Positions 52,711-62,229 are shown, counted from the first letter of the stretch. The stretch: 64,000 bases of DNA from Microcoleus sp. (GCA_052279835.1 CP181291.1:3552001-3616000); one strand, 5' to 3'. Notes: a model not told the origin generated them from the sequence alone. Made by a program: numbers and translations.

Positions 52711-53760
52711 TCAACTTAAAAAAGGTACATTTACTACTTCTCCGACAATTTCTCCTACCTGGACTTTCAATCCTGCACCACCAGCTTTGGTGCGGATATA
52801 AGCAAGACCAAAAAAGCCAGATTGTGTTTCTGTAACACTGGTAATTTTGCCTACTTTTTCCTCTTCAATGGTGACTACGGTTCCCGGTTCAACAGCACCG
52901 CTCAGTTGTACGCCCCAAAGTTGTTGTTTGACTCCTTTGTAGGTGTTCAATCTAGCAATTGTTTCTTGACCGATGTAGCAGCCTTTGTCATAGGTAATGG
53001 TGTGTAACAGTCTTGCTTCTAGGGGATTGTAGTCATCTGTAAGCTCAAAATCTGCGGCGGGGCGGCCTTGTTCGATTCGCAGTTGTTCCCAGACTCGATC
53101 GCCCATGGGTACGGCCCCTGCTTCCACTAATTCATGCCACAATTTAGCTGCATCCGTGGCTGCGGCAATTAAGGTGTATCCGGGAGATGCTAACCCACTA
53201 CCCATAGCAACTCGAACTTCTATCCCAGCTAATTTTATCAATTTGTGACTGGCATGAGGTAAGTTTTCTAGTTCGCTAACTCCCATTTTTTCTAGTAATT
53301 TGCTGCTTTCAGGACCGATCGCACTGAAAGCCACGGTGGTATCAGTCAAATCTGTTAATTCTACCCGATCCATAGGGAAAATATAGCGATCGAGTAATTC
53401 TAGCAATTGTCGGCGACGGTTGGGAGAAACTAAGATTAACAAAGCATCTTCTGTAGCATAAGCTGTGGCGAGGTCAATCGTCCGGGCGGTGGAAGTCACA
53501 AACACAGTGTCGCAGCCTTGACCGGGTTGGAGTTTATTGATATTATTTGTACTTTGATTGTGCAAAAACCGTAGGCGATCGCTATCGGAAATTTGTAGGC
53601 GTCCCCAGTGAGTGCGATCGCACAAAGCTACACTTTCTTTGGTGGCGGTGATGGCGGCGGCATCATTACCAAAACTAACGGGGACTGTTTCTGTGGTTGT
53701 TAATTCGCCAAAGATAGCACCGAAAGATGTTTGGATATCGTGCAATTCTTGAATCAGCAT
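52711..53760 (-). CDS. ygfZ: YgfZ/GcvT folate-binding protein
   Basis: KGCYIGQE signature. Confidence 0.9.
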   Translation of the reverse strand: MLIQELHDIQTSFGAIFGELTTTETVPVSFGNDAAAITATKESVALCDRTHWGRLQISDSDRLRFLHNQSTNNINKLQPGQGCDTVFVTSTARTIDLATAYATEDALLILVSPNRRRQLLELLDRYIFPMDRVELTDLTDTTVAFSAIGPESSKLLEKMGVSELENLPHASHKLIKLAGIEVRVAMGSGLASPGYTLIAAATDAAKLWHELVEAGAVPMGDRVWEQLRIEQGRPAADFELTDDYNPLEARLLHTITYDKGCYIGQETIARLNTYKGVKQQLWGVQLSGAVEPGTVVTIEEEKVGKITSVTETQSGFFGLAYIRTKAGGAGLKVQVGEIVGEVVNVPFLS

Positions 53761-53820
53761 AAAATTTGGTTGACGGTTGACGGTTGACGGTTGCTAAAAC
53801 TAATGACTAACAACTACTAA

Positions 53821-54204
53821 CTAATTAGCTAAATTAGCGAAGATTTCCTGTATTAATTGGCTGGCCTTAGCATCAAGACGATTCCAATCTACATCGCCAG
53901 TATCCTCCTCAATCAAAAAAGTGTCAATTTCAACTTCCTGACTTTGGATCTCGGAGTGGGCTGGTTGGTAGTCAACAAAACAGACTCGATAACAAAGTTC
54001 CCAAATATCGATCGACCTTTGCTCCCCTTGACGCTCTAAAATGAGTTTATAGCCAGGAAAAGGAGTGTGTACTTCTTGATAAGTCCCTGTCCAAACAGAA
54101 TCTTCTAGTTGTTTGCGGATATTGTCGAGGACTCGAATCAAGGCGGGCTGCATTAGTAGTTCAGCTTGCTGCCATGCGATCGGGGTAGTTATTTTCGGCT
54201 TCAT
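53821..54204 (-). CDS. Conserved cyanobacterial hypothetical protein
   Basis: LMQPALIRVLDNIRKQLE, WELCYRVCF, VDWNRLD. Confidence 0.8.
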   Translation of the reverse strand: MKPKITTPIAWQQAELLMQPALIRVLDNIRKQLEDSVWTGTYQEVHTPFPGYKLILERQGEQRSIDIWELCYRVCFVDYQPAHSEIQSQEVEIDTFLIEEDTGDVDWNRLDAKASQLIQEIFANLAN

Positions 54205-54251
54205 ATATCAGGATTCTAAAAAAGAAAATCAATCATAAATTAATACCGGAT

Positions 54252-54590
54252 GCGGGAAACGAGGGAGACTTCAGTCCTTCCTAGGGAAGCGGCGCGAGGG
54301 ATTTCACTGGCCCGTGTTCTTTCTTTCTTTCTTTCTTTCTGTCTTTCTAAATATTTTGTCCATCGAGCTTGAGATATCTAGTATAATAGCTAAAAGTAGA
54401 CAAGTCAACCAATATTTAGGAAAATAGAGGTGAATCAAACCCAAAAAAAATGGGACTTCAGCAATTATTGATGTCTCATAACAAAGAAGTTAAAGCATTG
54501 TTGGAATATCTCTGCCAACAATCAGGTAAACTGTAAAATAGTGTTGTTGATTTGGTTAGTTAAACTTTTTTTAAGATAGGTAAACTGTGC
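54252..54590 (+). mobile_element. tnpB: IS200/IS605 relic: end hairpin plus degraded tnpB 5' end
   Basis: 54450-54587 translates MGLQQLLMSHNKEVKALLEYLCQQSGKL*NSVVDLVS*TFFKIGKL, resembling cyanobacterial TnpB N-termini; hairpin around gacttcagtc at ~54260-54285. Confidence 0.65.
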
Positions 54591-54641
54591 GATCTGCTAT
54601 TTTGGTTGTAGGATATCCAGATAAAAAGGTGATAACACGTA

Positions 54642-54908
54642 ATGCAAAAACAAACAGACTCTCTTAATCAGCGGTTAGAATCACCTCGTTCCAAAATTAT
54701 TAATTCCTACCTGGGAACTATTGAAGATAGCTTTAAAGAAAACCGTCCCCAACTAAAACTCATCAATTATGGTACGGGGTCAGGAAAAACTCACCAATTG
54801 TTTGAAGCAATTTATCAAACCATAGAAGAAAATAAAGATATTCAAATAATCGGTATATATGTTGCCCCATTGAGAGAACACTTATCTGTTCCCACTCTCA
54901 CGGGGTGA
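54642..54908 (+). pseudogene. 5' stub of an SF2 helicase-like protein
   Basis: Walker A YGTGSGKT and motif Ia IYVAPLR; stops before motif II. Confidence 0.75.
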
Positions 54909-55081
54909 CAAACAGGCTAGGAAAGAGACAGGATCGACTCTTGAGCCTTCAGCCCCTGTCGATAAAATATTAGAGAATGATCGCGTGTTAAGTAATATCA
55001 TGTTAGTAGCGCGATCTGTATCTTTAGAGTTTAGAGTTTCTGGTTAGTTATAATGACATATAAGGTTCCCATCAAGGAGAA

Positions 55082-55363
55082 ATGACAATCATGGCACTTC
55101 GTCAACCTCGCGAGAGCAAAGAAGAATTTGCCCAACGAGGCGATCTGATTTATCAAACTCAAATACGCGCACAAGTCGAATTGGGTAATCAAGGCAAAAT
55201 TGTCGCGATCGACCTTGAAACTAAAGATTTTGAGGTTGATGCGAGTGAAATAGCCGCTTGCGAGCGCCTGGAAACTCGTCACCCAGATGCTCAGATATGG
55301 ATTGTTCGTATTGGTTCTCGTTATGTTCGTCGATTCGGCGGACGCACCAAGAGAACTGTATGA
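55082..55363 (+). CDS. Small hypothetical protein, partner of aspartic protease
   Basis: AAGGAG RBS; GKIVAIDLET, PDAQIWIVRIG; ATGA overlap with the next gene. Confidence 0.8.
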   Translation: MTIMALRQPRESKEEFAQRGDLIYQTQIRAQVELGNQGKIVAIDLETKDFEVDASEIAACERLETRHPDAQIWIVRIGSRYVRRFGGRTKRTV

Positions 55364-55737
55364 TCACAGGAATCGTCAACGGGGATTTTGAGGCGATGCT
55401 CTCGCTCTCAATATGTGGCTCTGATGGCAAAGTTTACATACAAGATGCGATCATCGACACTGGCTTTAATGGTTGGCTTTCATTGTCTCCAGATTTGATT
55501 GATCAGTTAAATCTGAAATGGAAAAGACGGGGACGCGCTATTCTCGGTGATGGTAGTGAATGCGTTTTTAATATCTACGAAGCAGTTGTACTTTGGGATG
55601 GGGTTTATCTGACGATCCCAATTGATGAAGCTGATTCAGAACCTCTTGTCGGAATGTCATTGATGGAAGGCTATCAACTCATGGTTCAAGTCTTTGAAGG
55701 AGGCCATGTAGAACTGTGCAAAGTAAACACGGTCTAA
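55360..55737 (+). CDS. Clan AA aspartic protease (retropepsin-like)
   Basis: IIDTGFNG catalytic motif, LGDGS, PLVGMSL. Confidence 0.88.
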   Translation: MITGIVNGDFEAMLSLSICGSDGKVYIQDAIIDTGFNGWLSLSPDLIDQLNLKWKRRGRAILGDGSECVFNIYEAVVLWDGVYLTIPIDEADSEPLVGMSLMEGYQLMVQVFEGGHVELCKVNTV

Positions 55738-55759
55738 TTCTAAGTTAGAGCGCGATCGT

Positions 55760-56026
55760 GCTGTAAATACCAAAGTCCCGCGAAACTTTGCTCAGACTTA
55801 GTGTTGACCTTTGAGAGGAGAAACTTGTGGCACAGGCATCTTGCCTGTGACGGGAAAGATGCCCGTTCGTTCCACGCGGTTTTCACTGTTACGGCTCATG
55901 TTTTTGAGTCGAATCGTGCGCCGAAATTGATTAAGAAAGAGAGATTATGATGGGCAGTAAGAAGGGGTTGACATCAATTCGTGATTGGCGGTAATACTGT
56001 GTCAGAAACGATGTTATACCGCATCT
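55760..56026 (+). repeat. ~265-bp inter-cassette element, copy A
   Basis: Direct repeat of 56843-57103; TTGACA (55968) N18 TAATAC. Confidence 0.88.
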
Positions 56027-56268
56027 GTGGTATAATTATAAGTGAGCATTCCACGCACGGAGCGCGTTGAGGCAGTAAGAAAGAGAACTTTCTTAAGAGC
56101 CTGTAATTCTGGGTGCTCTTTCAGTAAGAGCTTTGATCAGATCCTACTAATACCAAACTCTGAATTTAGTTTTGGAGAACAAATGTATGAGCCCTTGGGA
56201 ACCTGCTGGTAACGGCTTCCCCCTCTAAAGTTGATCAACGATAAAAAAACATTACCGAGAGGCTGATA

Positions 56269-56493
56269 ATGTCAGTTCTACTTGACAGAGTTACTATAAA
56301 TCCTAGACAGTGTGGTGGTCGTCCCTGTATCCGAGGCATGAGAATTCGGGTGTCAGATGTGCTAGATCTCTTTGCCGCGGGGCTCAGCGCAGGAGAAATT
56401 TTAGAGGAAATGCCTGATCTGGAAGCAGATGATCTGAAGGCATCGCTTTTATATGCCTCACGGAAACTTAATCACCCAGTTTTAGTGTCATGA
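56269..56493 (+). CDS. DUF433 antitoxin
   Basis: CGGRPCIRGMRIRVSDVL...ILEEMPDLE. Confidence 0.92.
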   Translation: MSVLLDRVTINPRQCGGRPCIRGMRIRVSDVLDLFAAGLSAGEILEEMPDLEADDLKASLLYASRKLNHPVLVS

Positions 56494-56828
56494 CAATTTG
56501 GGTGGATGCACATCTGTCTCCTGCAATTGCCACCTGGATTGGCAGCACGTTTGAGATTGAAACTGTGGCTTTGCGTGATCTTGGACTAAGAGATGCCGAA
56601 GATCCCGAAATCTTTGAGGCTGCAAAAGCTCAAGAAGCGATCGTGATGACTAAAGACAGCGATTTTGTCGATTTGGTTGAGCGGCTCGGTTCCCCTCCAC
56701 AAATTATTTGGCTGACTTGTGGCAATACCTCTAATGCTCGGTTGCGTGAAATTCTGAGGGAGACATTGCCCAGAGCTTTAGAACTGTTAGCTGCTGGCGA
56801 GACATTAGTAGAAATTAGCGGAGACTAG
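56490..56828 (+). CDS. DUF5615 PIN-like toxin
   Basis: WVDAHLSP, D.EIF, TKDSDF, CGNTSN; ATGA overlap. Confidence 0.9.
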   Translation: MTIWVDAHLSPAIATWIGSTFEIETVALRDLGLRDAEDPEIFEAAKAQEAIVMTKDSDFVDLVERLGSPPQIIWLTCGNTSNARLREILRETLPRALELLAAGETLVEISGD

Positions 56829-56842
56829 CTGTATGGGCTAAC

Positions 56843-57103
56843 GCTGTAAATACCCAAGCCCGACTAAACTTTGATCAGACTATAGTGTTTCTATTTGAGA
56901 GGTTAAATTTGTGGCACAGGCCTAAGGCCTGTGACAGGCATTCCCTTCGGCGGTTTTCACTGTTACGACTCATATTTTTGAGTCGAATCGTGCGCCGAAA
57001 TTGATTAAGAAAGAGAGATTATGATAGGCAGTAAGAAGAGGTTGACATCAATCCGCGATTGGCGGTAATATTATTGTGTCAGAAGCGATATTATACCACA
57101 TCT
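56843..57103 (+). repeat. ~265-bp inter-cassette element, copy B
   Basis: TTGACA (57042) N18 TAATAT; followed by GTTATGG at 57109. Confidence 0.88.
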
Positions 57104-57138
57104 ACCGTGTTATGGTTTTGAGTCAAGGAGAACATTGA

Positions 57139-58014
57139 ATGCCAGCCAATCTATTCAAAAACTTTGACTTTAATCTTCTTGATTCACCAGACTTCAAGGA
57201 AGATTCTGTCCGCGAAGAACTCATAACGCCATTACTACACGCTTTGGGATATCAAGCTAGTGGCGCATTTCAAATTCTACGAAGCAAGGTGTTGGTACAT
57301 CCATTTGTGATGATTGGAACAAAACAGCACAAAGTTAATATAATTCCAGATTACTTGCTACGAGTAAAAAATCATTTTGCTTGGGTATTAGATGCAAAAC
57401 GTCCAGATCAGAAAATAGTGAATGATACCAATGTTGAACAAGTTTATAGTTATGCTATTCATCCTGAAGTGAGAGTAGATATATACGCTTTGTGTAATGG
57501 ACGCGAGTTAGTTGTATTTCACATCAACCATATTGAACCCATTCTTAATGTCGCCCTGCAAGACGTTGAGAATAAATGGTCAGATATTGAGAAATTACTA
57601 TCTCCATACACTGTCCTCAGCTATCAACCTAGACCTAAAAATTTATATCCTGATTACGGCCGGCATTTGTACAAATTAGGTTACACCGATCAAAACATTG
57701 CACACTTCTTTTACGAGATGCCAGTCGATCATATTGCTCGAGTCGATGACGAAACACTTTCCATACTCGTCAATTTAGCTCCTGATGGGGTTGAATTTGC
57801 ACTCTCTTTTGATTTTAGTTTTGAAAGATTAGTAGAGCTTGTAAATCTTGCACCAGAAAACCAACAGCACTATATTTTGGACGGCTTGAGGCGACAGCCT
57901 TATAAAGTAAATATTGTGCCTCCGTTCACTGTCAGTGTAGAAGCGTATCTAGGTTCTCTAACTAAAGCGGAATTTGAAGATATAATGCCTATGATTGTGA
58001 AAAAGTTTTATTGA
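57139..58014 (+). CDS. HsdR_N (type I restriction enzyme N-terminal)-like nuclease domain protein; probable gene cassette
   Basis: EDSVREELITPLLHALGY, IPDYLL, LDAKRP, QVYSYA, LCNG. Confidence 0.8.
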   Translation: MPANLFKNFDFNLLDSPDFKEDSVREELITPLLHALGYQASGAFQILRSKVLVHPFVMIGTKQHKVNIIPDYLLRVKNHFAWVLDAKRPDQKIVNDTNVEQVYSYAIHPEVRVDIYALCNGRELVVFHINHIEPILNVALQDVENKWSDIEKLLSPYTVLSYQPRPKNLYPDYGRHLYKLGYTDQNIAHFFYEMPVDHIARVDDETLSILVNLAPDGVEFALSFDFSFERLVELVNLAPENQQHYILDGLRRQPYKVNIVPPFTVSVEAYLGSLTKAEFEDIMPMIVKKFY

Positions 58015-58019
58015 GCGCA

Positions 58020-58107
58020 GTATAACAATTCTGGTGCAGCGGATTGAACCGAAGCCGCTTGGGTGAGGTGCAAAGATCTCGGCAACCGCTGACCAGAACC
58101 GTTAGAG
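58020..58107 (+). other. Integron attC recombination site
   Basis: R'' GTATAAC, 5 bp, L'' TGGT(G)CAG, CGG(A)TTG ... CAACCG, L' CTGACCA, 5 bp, R' GTTAGAG; starts 6 bp after the stop of 57139-58014. Confidence 0.8.
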
Positions 58108-58108
58108 T

Positions 58109-58170
58109 ACGATCGCGCCTTCTCAATCCCCACGATCGCGCTTCCTCAATCCCCACGATCGCGCTTCCTC
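58109..58170. repeat. Three ~23-bp tandem units containing CGATCGCG
   Basis: acgatcgcgc(c)tt(c)ctcaatccc repeated. Confidence 0.75.
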
Positions 58171-58187
58171 AGCCTGCGATTGGATGT

Positions 58188-58449
58188 CTAATGAGTAAGT
58201 ATCCCCTGATCTCCATCTAATTCTGCCATAACTCCTACGGGTAACGCGGCATTAACACCATTATGGCCAAAGGGAAGATCCGACACAATGGGAATATTTA
58301 AGTCAGAGAGACGATCGCGCAATACTTCGGCAACAGTAAAACTAGGAATATGAGGGGGCGGATCACAATTACTAAATCTCCCTAACGCGATCGCGCTAAC
58401 ACCTTCAAAAACCCCCATCATGCGCCATTGAGTTAACATTCGATCGATT
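58188..58449 (-). pseudogene. LD-carboxypeptidase (S66) C-terminal remnant
   Basis: IDRMLTQW...DLPFGH...NAALPVG; upstream part missing. Confidence 0.82.
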
Positions 58450-59667
58450 CAACTCGAACCGGAAACAAACTATTTGGTTTTTAATAAACTTTTAGAGGAA
58501 GACGCGGGTTCGATGGCTTACCAGAGAAAAGACGCTCTCTGGTGTCCATCAACAACATTAGATCATAAATCGCCAATAGATTTCTATTCACAGTTAAAGA
58601 AAAGATTTAACTATTTAGAGACAGGAGTTTTTGTGAGTATGCAGGGGATAAATATACCTGAATTTACTGCTCTCGCCAAGAATAAATCAGCTTGGGCGGT
58701 TCTTAATTATACAGATACAGATAAAAACAAAATTGATCGAGATAGTCTCCACGAGGATACGAAAGCTTTTACAGAGGGGAAATTGTTGGATGTAGAGGGT
58801 TCTATTTTTTGTTATCTAAAAGGACAAGAAGATAGCAAACAATGGGAAAGTTTCTGCGATAAATACAAGATAAAGATTTTACCTGAATTTGAGAAAGTCT
58901 TGATTGAGTTGGGAATTAAAAACTGGATCGCGCAGAGTTTGTCAAATCCGAACTTGGGCTTGCGTATTACTCCTCCTAAATCATTTCCTGAAAAACAATT
59001 TTTTAGTATTTATGTACGCAGCCCCAAAAAGCAGGACGCTAAAGCGGTTGCGGTAGAATTTATTTACAAAGATGGTTGCATATATATAAAAAATGTCATC
59101 CGCGAGCTGAAAACTATCGAATCGAAATTTCGATTTTTAAGAAAGAGAAAAAATGACTCAGAAAAATTAATTAACGCTCAAGAATATTTGGTAGATGAAT
59201 CAGAGAAGCTGTATATTAGTTGTTATACAGATAATTTTTATACGCCAACATTAATTGGACGTGTTGGTATTATTGAAGATATGGAAAGCGGAGAACTGAC
59301 AATCGATCGAAAAAACAAAGGTGAAAATAGTAGTAGATTTTTACCTTTGGTATCCCATTATAACAGCGAGATTAAACCTATTAACAAAATCCAAAAGATG
59401 ATAAGTTTGGATTTGAAGAACGAAACATTTATTCAGTATTATGTTCCTCCAGCACAAAATATCGGAGGATCGATTCAGAAAGGGTTTAGAGTCTATCATT
59501 TGATTGGAAATAGATATTCCAAAGAGTCAATTCTTACCTCTGAGCTGATCGATCATCCCATCACAGCTTTACATTTTAGTACGCTGACTCAAGATGTTTT
59601 AAAAATAGGGGAAAACAGTCAATCGTCATTGTTACAAAAAGTAGCCAAAGTATTAATTGAAAATTAA
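58450..59667 (+). CDS. Unknown AT-rich protein, probably 5'-truncated
   Basis: Frame open from the CGATCG junction at ~58441; no good start or RBS; ~400 aa. Confidence 0.65.
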   Translation, partial: QLEPETNYLVFNKLLEEDAGSMAYQRKDALWCPSTTLDHKSPIDFYSQLKKRFNYLETGVFVSMQGINIPEFTALAKNKSAWAVLNYTDTDKNKIDRDSLHEDTKAFTEGKLLDVEGSIFCYLKGQEDSKQWESFCDKYKIKILPEFEKVLIELGIKNWIAQSLSNPNLGLRITPPKSFPEKQFFSIYVRSPKKQDAKAVAVEFIYKDGCIYIKNVIRELKTIESKFRFLRKRKNDSEKLINAQEYLVDESEKLYISCYTDNFYTPTLIGRVGIIEDMESGELTIDRKNKGENSSRFLPLVSHYNSEIKPINKIQKMISLDLKNETFIQYYVPPAQNIGGSIQKGFRVYHLIGNRYSKESILTSELIDHPITALHFSTLTQDVLKIGENSQSSLLQKVAKVLIEN

Positions 59668-59925
59668 AAATAGGCTGAATTTGAATGCTGATTCCAGAAA
59701 ACATCCAGATATTTCAGCGATCCCAGAAGAGCATCCGATACACTCACATCTGGTATGATGCCGGAGAAAAGTATCAACGTCAGCTAGAAGCAAACCTGGT
59801 AATTAGGGCCGATCGCAATCCTCGATCCTCTTCGAGGGCTTCGCTAACGCCATTGGGACTGGTAAATTTGCTAACCATACGTGCCATAATCAGCCATATT
59901 ATTTGAAGTGCGATCGCCCGAACCT

Positions 59926-61680
59926 ATGGATGCGCTAATCGGCAAAACTTTACAGGGTGGAAAATACACCCTCGAACAAGAATTGGGACGCGGGGGCTTT
60001 GGAATTACCTTCAGGGCACATCACCGCTATTTAGGACAATTTGTAGTCATCAAAACCCTGAACGAATCTCTGCGACAGCAACCCAATTTTGCCGAGTTCG
60101 ATCGCAAATTTCAAGACGAAGCCAGACGTTTGGCTTCCTGCGTTCATCCCAATATAGTCCGCGTCAGCGATTTCTTTGTGGAAGACGGCCAGCCCTACAT
60201 GGTGATGGACTACGTTCCAGGGCAGAACTTGGGCGAGGTAGTATTGCCAAATCGGCCACTTCCAGAAGCTGTCGCCATTTCCTACATAACTCAAATCGGC
60301 GCAGCTTTGAAAGTAGTTCATCAAAAAGGCTTGCTGCACCGAGATATCAAGCCGCAAAACATTCTGCTGCGCCAAAATACCCAGGAAGTTGTGCTGATCG
60401 ATTTTGGCATCGCCCGCGAGTATACCAGCGGTGCAACTCAATCTCACACTAATATGGTTTCCGACGGCTACGCGCCACCAGAACAGTATTTTGCTCAAGG
60501 AAAATACACGCCGGCCACAGATGTTTACGGTCTGGCGGCGACGCTTTATACTTTGCTAACTGGACAAGTGCCGATCGCAGCAATTCTGCGTACCAGTCAG
60601 CCTTCACCCACACCGCGGGATTTGCAGCCCCAAGTCAGTCCCACAGTCAGTCAAGCGGTGATGCGAGGGATGACTGTAGAAGCTCAAAATCGCCCTGCTA
60701 CCATCGATGAATGGCTGTCGCTGCTGTCGAACTCGCCAGCATCAATGACTGGGCCGACCCTGGCAGTGATGCCGGGACACGGGCCTCAGATGCCTGCGGG
60801 AGCGAGAACAACGCCTGCTGTCGTGCCTTCTGGGGAACGTAACAGTAAAATTTGGTTGATTTTGGGGTTGATGGCGATCGCCCTTATTTTCGCAGGATTT
60901 GTGGGTATAGCCAGGATTTTGCTGAACAGGCCCTCAGCAGCACCCGCACCGGTAGCCAAGGACGATCGCACTTCTGCACCCGCCACTCCAGAAGCGCGCG
61001 ATAATAACCGACAGACTCCAATCCCCGAACCGGCATTAACTCCCGCACCCGCCAGACAAACTCCAACTCCCGAACCTGAAAACAGTCCAACTCCCAAACA
61101 AACACCCACACCGGCGGTAGAAACTCCCACCCCAGCCCCAACACCAACTCCTGCGGCCGAGTCCCCCGCACCCATAAATAAACCTGTTGAAGAACAAAGG
61201 CCGATCGATCGAACCTCGCCAGCACCCTCACCCTCACCCCGTCCAGAACAACCAGCCACAACTTATCAAAAAGTTCCTACCATACCTGGTTTTCCGGTTG
61301 GTACAGCCGAAACAGAGGTAGTAGCTGCCTTGGGAACCCCAACAGACACTCAAGCCAAGGGCTATTGGCCCAATACTCGCACCGCACTTTACGAAATATT
61401 GCCCAATCGGATTACTCTCGGCTACATTTACGATCGCGATTCGGGCGAGTTAGTACAAACAGAGGGTTCTTTTGCTCAGTCTGTGGACGATTTGGTAGTG
61501 CGAACCGCGTTAAACGGGATGTTGGGCGGGGCAGATCGAGATATCATGCAAGGGTTCCGAGACGTGCAGCAGCGGCGGACTAATCGGTTTACTTTCAAGA
61601 AGGGTTCCCTCGAAGGTACGATCGAACGCAACAATCGCGATCGAATTTACATCGGCGTCTGGGACGAAAACTTGCATTAA
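59926..61680 (+). CDS. Ser/Thr protein kinase with TM and Pro/Thr-rich linker
   Basis: LGRGGFG, VVIK, HRDIKPQN, DFG, GYAPPE. Confidence 0.95.
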   Translation: MDALIGKTLQGGKYTLEQELGRGGFGITFRAHHRYLGQFVVIKTLNESLRQQPNFAEFDRKFQDEARRLASCVHPNIVRVSDFFVEDGQPYMVMDYVPGQNLGEVVLPNRPLPEAVAISYITQIGAALKVVHQKGLLHRDIKPQNILLRQNTQEVVLIDFGIAREYTSGATQSHTNMVSDGYAPPEQYFAQGKYTPATDVYGLAATLYTLLTGQVPIAAILRTSQPSPTPRDLQPQVSPTVSQAVMRGMTVEAQNRPATIDEWLSLLSNSPASMTGPTLAVMPGHGPQMPAGARTTPAVVPSGERNSKIWLILGLMAIALIFAGFVGIARILLNRPSAAPAPVAKDDRTSAPATPEARDNNRQTPIPEPALTPAPARQTPTPEPENSPTPKQTPTPAVETPTPAPTPTPAAESPAPINKPVEEQRPIDRTSPAPSPSPRPEQPATTYQKVPTIPGFPVGTAETEVVAALGTPTDTQAKGYWPNTRTALYEILPNRITLGYIYDRDSGELVQTEGSFAQSVDDLVVRTALNGMLGGADRDIMQGFRDVQQRRTNRFTFKKGSLEGTIERNNRDRIYIGVWDENLH

Positions 61681-61841
61681 GAAGGAAGAAGTCACCCGCC
61701 CTACCCCAGGGCGGTTTCATGCCATGGTAGGGGCCGTGCCCCCGTGCCGGCCCTGGGAGTGCTCAGCTTGATACCAAAGTCTAAAACTTAAAATCGAGTT
61801 GACGTCATACACAATCATGTCTATCATGAAAGTATGCACGA

Positions 61842-62229
61842 GGGGCTGTAATGGTTTCGACAGGGTGGCGAAAGCTGCTCCGTGATGCAGGTCGAGAGTG
61901 AGTCTCCTCTCGTAAATATCGGCTCAAACAAAATAGTAAATGCGAACAACATCGTTCCTTTCGCTCGCAAAGCCGTAGCTGTAGCCTAAAAACTTCTTGA
62001 GCTTGGTTTAGAGTGTATGCCACCTAACTCCGTTAACGGTAGCATAACAACCCCCAACGGATGCCCTAGCTAAACGTTTCTAGTCGCGTCGCTGGGAAAG
62101 CAATCACTAGAAAATCCTCCCATTTAGGATAAAGATGGTTCCCGCCCCGAGGATTAGAGGGGATAAACCTGTGAACGATCGGAAGGTAAATACCCGCTTT
62201 GGACGGCAGTTCGATTCTGCCCAGTTCCA
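61842..62229 (+). ncRNA. ssrA: tmRNA
   Basis: 5' GGGGCTGTAATGGTTTCGAC; tag ORF ANNIVPFARKAVAVA* at 61942-61989; T-arm GGCAG-TTCGATT-CTGCC and 3' acceptor strand. Confidence 0.96.

Noticed and set aside
54900..54995. Second complete attC site
   Set aside because: Has a GTTAAGT core and weak hairpins, but I could not identify matching R''/L boxes.
56042..56212. 56-codon GTG ORF after repeat copy A
   Set aside because: No RBS or recognisable motif; cannot be supported.
61805..62023. 72-aa minus-strand ORF
   Set aside because: Antisense to tmRNA.
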